Numbered from the whole stretch's first letter, positions 39,601 to 52,227 are shown. The stretch is 60,243 bases of DNA, filler included, from Sphacelaria rigidula (GCA_964200075.2; 7 parts of 7 records of this genome joined end to end with filler, not necessarily neighbours in it); one strand, 5' to 3'. The notes: generated by a model from the letters alone, not told the origin. Numbers and translations are program-made.

Positions 39601-42600
39601 ATCCTCCCCACGACACTTCAACTGCTCGGCAACTATGGGATCGAAAGGCGGAGGGGCCGGCGATCGCAATGGTTGCCGAGGCGTGCTGACGACGTTTATC
39701 GGCCCCGCAGGACCCGGGGCCGCTGGGGTGTAAGAAGCAGATGCCAGGTAATCACCAAAAGGATGTGCGGCCATCTGCTCATTCTGCATGGGCGGTGCGG
39801 GGGTGGAGCGCGCACGTTGTACTCCAGGGAGGGCGTTCGGCGGAGTAGGACTTCCTCCCGCGGCGCCATGCAGCGGGGCGGCTGATGCCGCGGGGTTCGG
39901 CAGTGGCACTGTGGCGGCAGCCGCAGCTTCAGCAGCCGACCCCGCCGCAGCCCCGGGATTGGTGTCCTCCACACGGGGTCCACGCTCGGAGTAGTACATG
40001 GCCACGATTTTGTCCCACATGGCTTCGAAGAACACGCAGATTGTGTGGTGTACAACACGGTAGTTGCTAGCCTCCGACGATTTCCTCCCGTCGAGCCCAA
40101 GCGCCTCCGCTACATATTCTATCCCCGCCCCCCAAAATCGCTTCATGATTGCCTTCACCATGTGATACAGGAGATGCCAGTCACCCATGTATATCCGGAG
40201 CCATTGGTATTCGCGGGGGTTACTCCGAATGAGGTGGTACATAAACCGAAACGTCTCCTCGTCACCGGCAACCATACACGCCGCAGGCGCGCCCCTTTCA
40301 CCCACGCGACGTATATCAGCAATGCGGTCAATCGCGGCTTTCGAGTCGGCCCAGCTCTTCGTGCTCCCCAGCTGCATGAAAAGGTACTTGAACACCTGGG
40401 GCTCCCGCTGCATCGTAGGTATTGCCTGCCTCGCAAATTGGACGGAGCGGCGGAGAGAGGGGTGATGAGGTCGCTGTTGCACAGTGTTGCATATTTTCAA
40501 ATCACAACTTGAACCCCGCCCCTGTGGGGATAGTATCCGCCGAGTGAAGGGATCACACCGTAATTTCGCTGCTGCAACCCACGCACACGGACATATTGCG
40601 TAGGACAATCATTCCCGCGTAGCTCGCGCGATGCTGCCGAAGTTAGTGCTGCATCTGATGTTGTTACGTGAGGTGAAGGCGACAGTGTGATCCCTCGGTG
40701 GGGGCAACGATATGGCATCCACAGGGAAATTTAACCCTCCCTACTCCCGCGGAATCCATGGCGGGTACTGTGTGTGGATCGGCGGGACTCCACGACTGCG
40801 GGGGTGCAAAGCTGGTGCTGACACGCGAGAGACGACGCTAGAGGTAAGTGGCGGTACACCCCACCGCCGCCGGCGGAGAAAAATAATTCGATTTCGCACA
40901 GGCGTTCAAACGCGGAATACAGGCCAGGCACAGATAACTAATCTCACCTGTCGAAGTTCGAGTTCCAAGCAAGTGTCGATGGAGCCACCCCCGCCCGCGA
41001 TCCTTCCCACGGCGCATCGAAAAGCTGCTTCGTCGAAGACGGAGAGGTACTTATCCCATTGCTCGCCATCCATGTGCCAGTGTGGTCCCATCGTCACATC
41101 CGCGGCCACGAGCTGATCTTGCTTGCGATGGTCCCGCACGAGAGACAGGTCACCACACGGGGTTTCTACAGCCACGCAAGTGGCAGCCACAGCACACACA
41201 TGCACATCCCCCTCGGTAACAGCCATCGTGGCCCGAAAATCGCAGTTGTCCCAAGAGATCGCAGCAGCTCTTAACGCCAGGGCCAACAGATGTTTGTCTA
41301 ACCTCAACTTCACGAAGTACTGCTCGCGTTTGTATCGCATAGACTCGGTCATGCAGAAGCCGTGGGCGGCGATGTAATCTATCATCGCGACGGGTGTGCC
41401 GTGCGTTTTCAACACCTGCGCCAAACTGAAGTCGTGCATCGCCCTGAATTTCCGACCTAGAACAGTTTTGAGGAGATTTAGTCCAGCATATAAAGCCTCC
41501 CAAGGTGCCTCTTTCTCTTCCTCTCCTTCTTCCGCAAAGCCTTCTCCTCCTTCGTCGATCTGTGAATCGTTGCGCTGGCACTTGACTCCCCCATAGCGCT
41601 CGTACTTGACACACCCGTGATCATCGTTCTCGCGTTCCCCCCGCCCGCGAGCCCCGACCCGGGGTCATCAGCCGGTACCGCCACATGGCACATACTGTCA
41701 ACCAAGTCCAACAGTGTCGACGGTGTATCATGCTCCAGAAAATCCTTCACAGGTCAGATTTTTCTCTCCAAATCGGCAGCATATTTTTCACTCGCTTTTC
41801 CGGACACATTATGCAGTTCAGACGCACCTTCGATATCCATCCTGACGATAGATCCGGCCGCTCTCACCAACGCCCGTTTCTCCTCCGCGGACCCTTCAGC
41901 TCTGACGCGCTTGAGTGCGGACACGAGTGGCGGACCGTTGTGGAGCTGGGCGTCCAGGAGAGAGACCGTACGTTCGAGTTCTTGTACCCTGGCACGCATA
42001 GTTATAAGATCGATATCAAGTGCCATGGCTACGTCGGGCGCCACCGCCGAAGGCAGCAGATACACGGACTTCCGTCGGCCACCACCTGCGGCCTCCCCAC
42101 CCCCACTGACCTCTTCCATCTTGGCGTAGGCTGTGCCGTCCCTCACCACCGCGCCGTAAATTACCATAGACTGATCCCGGTTGCGCCGGTCACCGACATC
42201 CCGGGCCCGTGCGGCCTCCCTAGCTTCTGTCAGCCACGATTGAACCTCCCCCAGCCTCACTATTCCCCCAGCCTCAAGGTTCGCTATTACTTTCCCGCGT
42301 ACTTCTACGACGAAGTCCGGATCGGCAGGGGTAGGATCAGGAGTGAGGTCTACCCTTGGAGGTGTGGAACAACACGCACGAGTGGTTTTGGGATTTTTCC
42401 TATCGCTGTTGCGTCTGTATCGCTCGAAGGAGGACATAAAGCAATTATTCCGCCCGCACAAGCAATCGGAACTAGGTGGGTAGCTCCGTAGAAGCACCAC
42501 GGGACGCGTGCTGGTGCCATCCACACACTGCAGGAATACTTCCGCGCCTGCAACCCGCGCAGGACCGAGATGCAGCCAGGTTTTTCCTTCGCCGGGCCCC

Positions 42601-42794
42601 GGTCGATGGCACGCCACGCATAGCCGCGATGCTGGGTCGTGCGTTTGACCACAAGATGGGCACATATACCACTGGCCTTCCATGAGGGGGTACTTGATGC
42701 CGCATTCATCGCGACCACAGGCCCGCTTCGGTCGTCCACGATGGCTGCTCCCACTAACGGGTTTCGAGTGAGCCTGTGCCGACTGCTCCGTCAC
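36640..42794 (-). pseudogene. Large spliced putative DDE transposase gene (DUF6589 / RAG1-Transib-like core, EsV-1-7 motif, PIN-like region), mildly disrupted
   Basis: Model: 42794-40948 (in-frame TGA at 41754-41756, frameshift near 41500), GT-AG intron 40947-40474 (phase 0), exon 40473-38196, GT-AG intron 38195-37901 (phase 1), exon 37900 to ~36640. Both splices keep frame. Motifs in order: SWDNCDF, VAGDEETF, MGDWH, TGKDRY, LDERQEMAN, PFSLLNSKGDLGHSNKS, LAHDDPDMVGIIKAPEQRGR. The 5' end probably runs off the contig. Confidence 0.72.
39513..39620 (-). other. Single EsV-1-7-like cysteine-rich motif
   Basis: 'KCRGEDCSWEATHGIAGLDAPMFCVFHAGTGLVDF' fits C-x4-C...G..G...FC..H...G(M/L)V(D/N). Confidence 0.75.
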
Positions 42795-43130
42795 ACAGCT
42801 ACCACGATTTTCGGGATGCCCCTGTGCACCACTGCGTCGCGCCGTTACCCTCGTTCGTTCACCGTGACGTCGACGCCTTCCACAACGACCGTTGGCGGGT
42901 GAGGTTTGCTTTCTCCAGCCCTCATGACATCGCCACTAGCCCCAGTCGTGGGCATGGACGTAACCCACTCATCTTCACACCCCGCCGCAGATGCGCTGCC
43001 GCCGTNNNNNNNNNNNNNNNNNNNNNNNNNNNNNNNNNNNNNNNNNNNNTTAATTAATTAANNNNNNNNNNNNNNNNNNNNNNNNNNNNNNNNNNNNNNN
43101 NNNNNGGGCGGGCGGGGGGGGGGGTGGCTT

Positions 43131-43190
43131 CTTTTTTTGTTGCTTGCCTTAGTCGTTTGACCATTGCCCACGCATCCCTTTCGGGCGGGG
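43131..43190 (-). mobile_element. LINE 3' tail inside a C/G tract
   Basis: Reverse complement 'CGAAAGGGATGCGTGGGCAATGGTCAAACGACTAAGGCAAGCAACAAA', with G runs on both sides on plus. Confidence 0.75.
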
Positions 43191-43543
43191 GGGGGGGGGG
43201 GGGGAGGAGGTTAGCAGCGCTGCAGGTAAACGGGGCTGGAGGGGAAAGGGCCGGAGTGCTACTATTCCTCGCGGTTGCTATGATTGTTCGTTGAATAACT
43301 TCGGACCCAGAAATCCGGCCAGAACCAACAGTGATAGTACCGGCGTTTGGCCACCGGCATGCTGCAAGTTTTCGTTGTGTAAATACGATCGCCGACGGCC
43401 AATAAGTTCTTCCAAGGCGCTGACAGGGCCGAGGGTTGGATGCGGAGGGGGGAGGTGGGGGAGGCTTGTTTCTTCGTTCGGAGTGAGCACACGTAAACCC
43501 GCGTGGACGCATAGTGGAGCGCAACGCACGAAGGTCGCACACA

Positions 43544-43589
43544 CTGTGCTGTGCTGTGCTGTGCTGTGCTGTGCTGTGCTGTGCTGTGC
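43544..43589. repeat. (CTGTG)n microsatellite
   Basis: About nine perfect pentamer copies. Confidence 0.95.
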
Positions 43590-43940
43590 ACGAATTGAGC
43601 CTATGGGGCGGATGGATGATGGCTATTGATGTCGGCAGGCATTTTGATTTAGAGTAGATCAAAGCTATTCCGCTCTAGAGTAAGAGGGATCGCTGCTGCT
43701 ACAACACTTGTTCGCCAAACAGCGATCCCATCCCCGTTTTTGCGCTCAATTCCCATCGTTCGGAAAATAAGGTAGAAGTCAAGAGCCGACAGGATGAGAG
43801 ATTGCTCTGGTTGACTCAAATCACGGTAACACAGTAGTGCATGACAGTAGGGCAAGCACCGGCGACGGGAAGATACATACGATCCCTGAAGACTGCGTAC
43901 TCAATAGAGAGATTGGGGTGGGTGGATAGGTGGGGGGGGT

Positions 43941-43976
43941 GTACTCATGATCTTGCATGCCGTAGCCATGAGACCA
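43941..43976 (-). mobile_element. Tail of a second, related retroposon family ('B' tail)
   Basis: Reverse complement 'TGGTCTCATGGCTACGGCATGCAAGATCATGAGTAC' plus a C tract; matches 51788-51823 and 47941-47967. Confidence 0.6.
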
Positions 43977-44734
43977 AGTGGGGGTAAAAGCGTATAACAA
44001 GAAGGGAAAAAGAATATGGCTCAGCTGTGTCTGAGGCACGTGCTCATGGCATCATGCGCACCGTACCCAACCCCCAACCCTCCTCCTCTCTCTTGGGCAA
44101 ACGGGAGTACACGCGAGTACCTTGGGGAAGCTGGTAGCCGTGCTTACCACTCGGTCGATCTATAGAACGTTCGCGGAAAATATATACTATTGTGATGTTC
44201 GAACTTTATTTCGTACATTTTTAACGTTGATCGCTCTCTGAGATGCACTCTTTGAGCTGTACCCTTTGCTCCTCTCTTGAATGTGGAATATTGGTTATAA
44301 ATATAAAATATCTTATGTGACGCAACGCAAATCCTAGTATGAACATACCCGAGGGTGGGTGGGTGGGTGAAAAGGAAGGAAAAAAACAAGAACAATCTGC
44401 CGCACCGTCTTGACCCATTGCCCCAAGCTTAAAACTCAAACCTCCGTGACAGACCTATTTGTTTGATTCACTCGGTCTACAATCGCCGCCACATTTGCCT
44501 ATTTTGTTTTACGCTCGTACCCGTTCCACAAACTACAGGTCCCGCTACGCTCCGATCTTTCAATTTCGATCACGCTTTTCAGCCGCCGAGCCGAATTTTC
44601 TCGAAATATATGCTGTTTGACCGTAGCATTTTCTTCGGAAATTTGTGATGTTAAAGAGCGACGTTTCAGCAGCCGTTTCAGTGTCCGCCGTGACAGTCTC
44701 AAGGTTATTGCGCCGCGTTTCGTGGTCGTACCAT

Positions 44735-46379
44735 CAGTGTTGAAAATCAGACATCGATAATACTCGATAAGATATCGATACATATCGGTCGATATGGCGT
44801 ATCGGTATCGCCGGTTTCCAAGCCGATATTTGTCGATACGTGATCAGTGTCAACATCAATATGGGACACTGATATCATCGATTTATTTATTCGTCTTTTC
44901 ACAGGGGGGAGGGGGCGGGGGGGTAAACAGCATATCGCCCCCCCCTTTTCGCATGCCTCCGCCTTCCGCCCACCACCCCACTGCTCACCACCCCGCCACA
45001 CTGCACATTCCACATACTACACACGAATCACACATGCATCATCCGCACACTGCACGCCCACTTGCTGCGAACCACATCGGTCTGCAACATGAGCTGCCTT
45101 CAGACGTTCGGCTTTGTGGAAGACGGTGACGCAGAGTCTGCGGTCGACGTTTCTGCCGAACCGTCCGTATCTATGTTTGCCACGGCGGCTGCTGCTGCTG
45201 CACCAGCGGCCGCACCAGTGCCCCCAACTAAGTGTTGAGAGAACGAGCAAGCAGAATTTCCCGCGAAGGTAGCGGATCCTTCAGGCTTCCCATACAACCC
45301 ATCCCTGCAAGCCCACTGTCCGGCGCTTTCACAGTGTTTGCACGTTGCAGTTAGTAGTTTAGCAGTATATCGTGTGCAGACATCAGAAAGGGGGAGAAAG
45401 AGTAACGTGGATGTCATGTGAATGTTTCAAGTTGGCCGGAGTGTTCCGGATGTGAGGGTAGACGGTCATTTCCTTTTCTCATCATATCCACTTGTTTCAC
45501 ACAAGCTTTTGAATTCCATCGCTTCGGCGTTTAGGTATCTGGAGTTTATACTTCATTCTGCATCCAACAACGGAAACAAATGGACGAATGCTGTCGACGT
45601 TTTCTCTTGTTTGGTATGGAGAACAGAAAAAGCGAGCGCGCATTTGCACTCATCATTTATCGCGCAGTTTCGAGGTTTGGCGCGTTTTCTATCGAATAAT
45701 GAGGGGTGCGTACGCTGCGCGCAGTGCGCAGAGTCGAGGCAAATGCTTAGATTCGATCGAAACATGAAGGAATAGTGGTTGCGAAATATACTTTGGTATA
45801 TCACCGGCTTGAACAACACACCATGTATCATGCATCACACCTGGCGTTGTCATCAACGACTTCTGTTGCCTGTTGCCTCTTGCACGATGAAGAGCCATTT
45901 TTGTTAAACCGAAGCATCACGCCGCGTGTTGTGCCGCCATTTTTATGATGTCAGATAACAAATCACACACCTGTGCTGCTGTGCCTTCATGCAATCAAGC
46001 GTGCACCCACTCGGGGTTAGGTTGTCAGTGTGTCAATGTAGTACCGTGAGGTCTTGCAAGCTACGTCCCTACCAAAACAGCCGTACCGTATCGAGTATCA
46101 GTATCGACTTATCGATACGTATCGGGTCATTTTCCGCGGATCGAAAAAAAATATTGATTTCGATGTATTTACGTCGATATTTGGAGAATATCGTCTCTGT
46201 GGAGGTCGTGAGACTACCGGCAGACGGTAGCAACCGTCGAACTCCCGGCAGTGAAAACTGCACCTGTAACAGCCGCTGACTAGGTTACAAGTCGTAAAGG
46301 GAAATCTCTCCGCACATACACACCAAAATGACGATCTTCACATTTCGAACTTGTTTTTTATATTCGATATTCAACACTG
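44735..46379. mobile_element. Non-autonomous hAT-like element
   Basis: 14-bp TIR CAGTGTTGAAAATC / GATATTCAACACTG (one mismatch). 8-bp TSD CGTACCAT (44727-44734) and CGTACCAC (46380-46387). ATCGAT-rich subterminal blocks at both ends. Confidence 0.87.
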
Positions 46380-47880
46380 CGTACCACACAAAGCAGCTGG
46401 CCGGCAAGGTTGCACGCACACTGAATACTGCTCAGTCACACACAACACATTAACACAGAGATACACACTCAAAGACATTGCGCGGCTCGGCGCCCCCGCT
46501 GCTACTGGCAATTGTCGAGTTGCTGCATTCCATCAACCTGGAGGACAAGATTACTTCAGGCGATATTTACAGCGGTCTGTCAGCATGTATACGCTGTCGA
46601 GTACTGATGGCATGCAGATGGCATTGGGTTAATGTCACTCTACACCGGTGCTGCTATCCATGGCCAACGTGTCTCGGGTGTAGGCCGGGAATTTCGCTGT
46701 GGTATGCCGCGGTCTGGACAGAGGCAATCGACCTGCATCCGACTATGCCCCTCTGTTCTCGGTACTGCATCGCCCGCATTGCAATTGCAACAGCAGGAAA
46801 TGCCCGGCGAATAATCAGTACTCGATAGCGTACACGTGCAGACAGACCGCGGTAACTATCAGGGCACAATTCGGGTACGTGTGTGCTACGCGCTCCATCT
46901 CTTGTTTGTTTTGCACGACGGCTTCGACACTTGATTTGACAGTTACTCGTCGAGACATTCGGAGCGAATCAATCTTCATTTCAACAGTTTCGCTGAGATA
47001 CAATGAATCCGATTTTGACCAACAGGAATCGACTTAGACGTATCTCGGGTACAGCATGAATGAATGAGCAGGATTTGCTTGGAAAATCTCAGGTGGGCAC
47101 CTTGAAAATTACGCGTCGGAATTTCAGATTCCGACTGGAACAGTGAAGTCACGCGTGGCATATCTTGGCGAATTCCCCGGCTTCGTCGTCCCAGTTCGTA
47201 GCGTTCGCATCTCGACTTTCGCCCAATTTCCCTCCGTTCTTCAACTATAGCTGTGTTACTTTCAAGTCATATTCCATGGGTGGGTCAGGCTTCGGTTATT
47301 GAACGAATGAAGGGACTGATACGATGCGATATATGAAAGAAGCAAACAAAAAATGGGCAAAACCTGAATTGCAGCGCACGCCACAATTTTGACGAAAGTA
47401 AGCCGTTCGCAATATTTCATGCTTGACCTACTTGCTTCCGGAGAATCCCCCTCCCTCTCCCTACTGAACCCCCCTTTGAGGGTTGTCGTAGGTTGGCAGC
47501 CACACGATGAAACACGACGTTCGCTGCGTTAGGTAGACACCAAGGTCACCGTTTATTTTCTCGCTTGCGCTTTCTTCTGTAACCATGTTGGTGGCCGAAT
47601 CAGATCATATTGTGCGGCATGGAAATCCTCAGTTTGGCGAAGCGGGGCCAATCGCACGACGAAGTGTTTGAATAAAAGTGAGATACCCATGAGGCAGTGT
47701 GTAAGCCATGGCTGTCTCTGAAAGTGACGATACCAGAAAATGAAGCAACTCATCGGAATCTGAAATCCATTTGCAAAACAGAGTCAGTACCCTTCGGGCC
47801 TAACGATATTTTGGCAGGATGCAGGTCACCCTTCATGCGACTCACCGAACAAATCACGGCACTTTGTTCTTGAAGATTGT

Positions 47881-47967
47881 GAGCCTGTCCGGCGAAAACC
47901 TGGCGTGCTCTGTCCCCGCTTTGTAGGGATGCGAGGTCACTGGTCTTATGAATACGTCATGCAAGAT
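47881..47967 (+). mobile_element. 'B' retroposon tail directly upstream of the LINE
   Basis: Similar to 51727-51814. Confidence 0.65.
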
Positions 47968-50542
47968 ACATGGGAAGAAACTGATAGTATGCAAAAGAGC
48001 AGTAAAATGGTGGGATGAGGAAGTAAAAGAGGCTATCAGAGTAAGGAGAGAGGCCCACGCGAGGTGGATGTCGAACAAAAGTACGGCAGGAGTATACTAA
48101 AGCTCGGAAGGAAGTAAAAAATATGGTACAGCAGAAAAAGAAGGAAGTTTGGGAAGGTGTAGTGAGAAAAAGAAATGAAGATTTTGATGGCGGGATGAAA
48201 CGAATGTGGGTAGGGATACAAGGAATTATGGGAAATCAGGCAGGGAAGATAGACAACGGGATAGCCACACGACGGGCACACAGTGGTATAATGATCAGTA
48301 GTCCGAAGGGGAAGCGAAAAGTGCTAGACGAGCACTGCCGTAAACTTGGAACACCCAAAAAGTAACACGGAGTTCAACAAGGAGTTCGAAGAATATATCA
48401 ACGCGGGGGCAGTAGCAAATGGAAAGACGTCAAAACGGGAGGGTACTGGCTCGAAATAGTTGCAGAGAGAGTTTACCAGAGCTGAAGTGAAGGAGTGTGT
48501 ACCTCAACCCGAGTACACAAAAGCAGAAGGGACAGACGGAATAGTGGATGAATTTCCGCAGTACAGGGGGGGAAGGAATGGTTACCACGATGGTTATGCT
48601 GTACAACTGGATATGGGAAAACGAGTACATACCCAAGAGGTGGAGAGAAGAAGTAGTCGTCAATCTTTTGAAAAAAAAGAGACAAGGCTGACCCAGGGAA
48701 CTATAAAGGGATAACGCTACTGAGCATGGTAGGAATTTTATTTGTAAGATTCTGAACGATAGAGTAGGAACGATGATGAATAAATACGAAAAAATCGGCG
48801 AGGAACAAGCAGGACTTGGGCCAAACCGTAGTTGCGTAGACCATGTGTACACACAAGGGAAGATTATTCAAGGTAGGAAAGACGCCGGGTTGACAACTTA
48901 CTGTTTCTTTTTGGACGTGCAAAAGGCTTGTGACACAGTATGGAATAATGGGCTGTGGGAAAAGTTGTGAGCAACTGGGATCAGAGAAAATATGTGGAGA
49001 ATGGTAAAGAAGATGACAGAATGTGCCAAAAGTGCCATGATACTAGACGGGGAAATATCGAAATATTCCAATATCTTTCAAGGACTTGCACAAGGATGTA
49101 CGTTATCGCCCACTTTGTTCAAGGTATTTATTCATCACTTGATGATAGCAATAGAAGCAGCAAAGCAAGGGGCTCGGATGGGTGAAGATGTGGTATCAGG
49201 TTTGATGTTCGCGGATGATTTTGTGGGGATTTCAGGATTTCAGAAGGATTGCAAAAAACAATTAGAAAGGCTCTAGAATACACTAGGGAATGGAAAGTGA
49301 CAGCGAATGTTAACAAATGCGCGGTACTCCCATGTAACGAAGATGAGAAAAAATCCGGTAAAGTTCAAATGGAACTGGGGAGAAGAGGGACTGCCGATCG
49401 TAGACCAGTATACACACCTTGGTCTAGAGATATCAAGAAACTGTTCTTGGGATGCACATATATAGAAGTGATAGAAAATGATACGACATGAATAGGAAGG
49501 ATGGACGTGGTCCTCAGAGACTCTCATCTAGACACTAGGATCACGAGATGTATCCTGATGGGCGTAATCGTACCGGAGCTGGAATATGTAGAAGTATGGG
49601 AGGGGAACCTGAAGTTGGTGGAGAAGTTGGAAACAGTACAAATGGCAGCAGCTAAGACGATACTTGGATGCTCGAAGACGACGAGCAATACAGCACTGAA
49701 AGCAGGGTTGGGAATATACGCACTCAAAGCAAACAGAGACATGACGAAATTGAGATGGCAGCATGGCGTAAAAAACATGCAGAGAAAGAGATTGCCATAG
49801 TTAATAGGGCTGTATGGAAGAAAAGTACGAAAGGGCATGCTGGAGTAAGGTGGAATAAAGAAGTCGAGAAAGTATGAAGGGAGATGGGAGGAAACCAAGA
49901 CGAAATACTGTCCGTAGGTGAAGGCGCGGGGAACAAGACAAAAGTAAGGGACATGATGGAAATAAGGGGGAAAGTAGCGCTGAGACGCAAAGTAGACAAG
50001 GAAGAACACCTGGAGATATACGGGGGGTTGAGAGAGGGGATCGGGATGAAAGCATATTTGCATGGCCCAATGGACGCGGCGAAAAAAAGTGAAACTGCGA
50101 TTTCGGGTGGGGGACCTGGACCTGCCAGAAAAAAGAGATATACCAGTCGTCGAAAGGAGGAGGAAGCAGATGCAGAGAACTGCCCCTGTGGCGAAGCAAT
50201 AGAGAATGGAAGTCATGTAGTTGCACAATGTAAAAATGTTCAAGGAGGAACGGGAAGTGCTAGAGGGGGAAATGCGGGACGTGACCGAGATGTCACGGAA
50301 TCGTTTGGTGCATTAGACGGTAGGGAGAAAACGATTACTATACTAAAAGATAGATGGTGGCCACAGACGGCGCAACAGGACGGGGATAAGATGTGTGGAA
50401 GGCTTTTGTGCAATGTATGGAAGAAACGAAATGAGCGCCGGAATGTTGAAGGTGTGTCTATTAGGAGTGGGAACGGTGCTCCGTCTCGAAAGGGATGCGT
50501 GGTCAAGGGTCAAACGACTGAGGCAAGCGACAAATGAGTACG
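47968..50542 (+). mobile_element. 5'-truncated, degenerate non-LTR retrotransposon (LINE) ORF2: RT plus C-terminal CCHC
   Basis: 'KWWDEEVKEAIR', 'EEQAGLGPNRSCVDHV', 'FFLDVQKACDTVW', 'GLAQGCTLSPTLF', 'LMFADDFV' and 'CPCGEAIENGSHVVAQC'. Many stops and frameshifts. The stop at 50537 is only ~5 nt from the element end. Confidence 0.93.
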
Positions 50543-51724
50543 CCCCCCACCCACCCACTCACCCCAAAACGCCGGTCCGTTTAGCACCAAAATGTAGGAC
50601 CCCGAGAAATCAAAAGGTCAATCCGTTTCTAATTTTTTTTCCGGGTGTTTTCGCGGTTGTATTATACAAGCCACTCCCTTCCTTTCAGGCCAAACTTTGG
50701 GCCCGCGCACGTGTCGCGGATCATTCTGCTTTTTTCTTTAGAATCTTTGTGGGTCAGAACGACTCGAAATGTCTGTAGGGGCTTTGGTCGTTGGCAAGTG
50801 CTGCTATAGATTTTGCCAATCATGTTGGACGCACGAGTGCGCCTGTGCTCGGCGGCATCCTGGTTCAATCCCTTCGGGCAACAGAACAATTGTCAAGGCC
50901 TCTTCCATAGACATTGAACAAAAAACAAATGTTACACCTAACCCATGCTTGCTCATCCAGCCATATGTAGTCGCTGGCAGCGATACACTTTGCAATATAC
51001 TACTCGAAGGTCTGATCTAAAAGGGACGGGAAAGCGACGCTAGCTGACAAGACACCGCTGGGGTGATGAATCTGATGCTATCAAGAAAATGGCTCCACCA
51101 CCATCTCCACCATAACTACTCCGTTTTGTGCGTTCTTTCATCATCGGCCAGTGACCCGTACGTTCGCGAGCACGGCCCAGGCAGAATTTCTCGCCTCCAG
51201 CGGCTGCGCATGGACCTGAGGGGCTATGGGACGGGGAAGACAAAGGACGAGTGCGGGACGGAGGCGGATGGCAGGGCGATATCGAACAGGTATACTGTAG
51301 TCTGCATTGGTTGCGGAGACAGTCCAGTCCATGCTAAACCGACGAGAAAACGCAACTTCGTGTACTGTAGGGTATGTCGGCTAAAACCTCGGGTATCTAC
51401 AACAGTATAAACGAGGAGGATTTCATTGTCAAGTATCCTTCCGCACCATGACGGAGTGTTTGGGACAGGTATCGATACCCTGCCGAGCCATACCGTATTA
51501 TTCGGCACGCTTTCCGGTGTGGAGTGCCAACAAAATGGGTACCCCCCCCCCCCCCCCCCGCGCGGAAGGCAGGGAAAAGCCATCGTGCACCCGTCCCGGC
51601 CAGGAACGATGGGACGGGAAAGCGNNNNNNNNNNNNNNNNNNNNNNNNNNNNNNNNNNNNNNNNNNNNTTAATTAATTAANNNNNNNNNNNNNNNNNNNN
51701 NNNNNNNNNNNNNNNNNNNNNNNN

Positions 51725-51871
51725 GCGAGCCTGGTCCGGCGAAAACCCGGCGTGGTCCGTCCCGGCTTTGTAGAGATGCGAGGTCAATGGTCTTGAGACT
51801 ATGGCATGCATGATCATGAGTACACCCTTGGTCAATGGTCGAACGACTAAGGCAAGCAACAAATGAGTACG
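51725..51871 (+). mobile_element. Tandem retroposon tails: B tail (51725-51823) then LINE 'A' tail (51829-51871)
   Basis: Both end in ATGAGTAC; a C run follows at 51874-51882. Confidence 0.75.
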
Positions 51872-52227
51872 ATCCCCCCCCCTCATCATAGCATGACTTT
51901 TGAGGAAAACAAAACGTTTTGTATTGCATCTGCTAAACTTCGCCATGACTAATTCCAAGATGCACCAGTTGGACCAATTGGACGCGGTGGCTATGCGCCT
52001 TGATAAAAAAATAAACGTGAGTACCTCGTGTTCCTCACATCCAGTTCCGAGCTATATTACACAACGGCGCTGTTCCCAAGAACTTTTAGGGCAATTCCTT
52101 TTCTTCAGCCTCGTGGCTAACCACCACTGAAAATGGCTCAATACCTCGTCCCTCACTTGGGGTACAGTGTGGCCACCTAGCTATCCCAAAACCCTTCACC
52201 GTACCCCCCCTCCGCCACTTCTCATAC

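Noticed and set aside
36663-42491. Long plus-strand ORFs opposite the transposase-like gene
   Set aside because: They are antisense shadows of GC-rich coding sequence.
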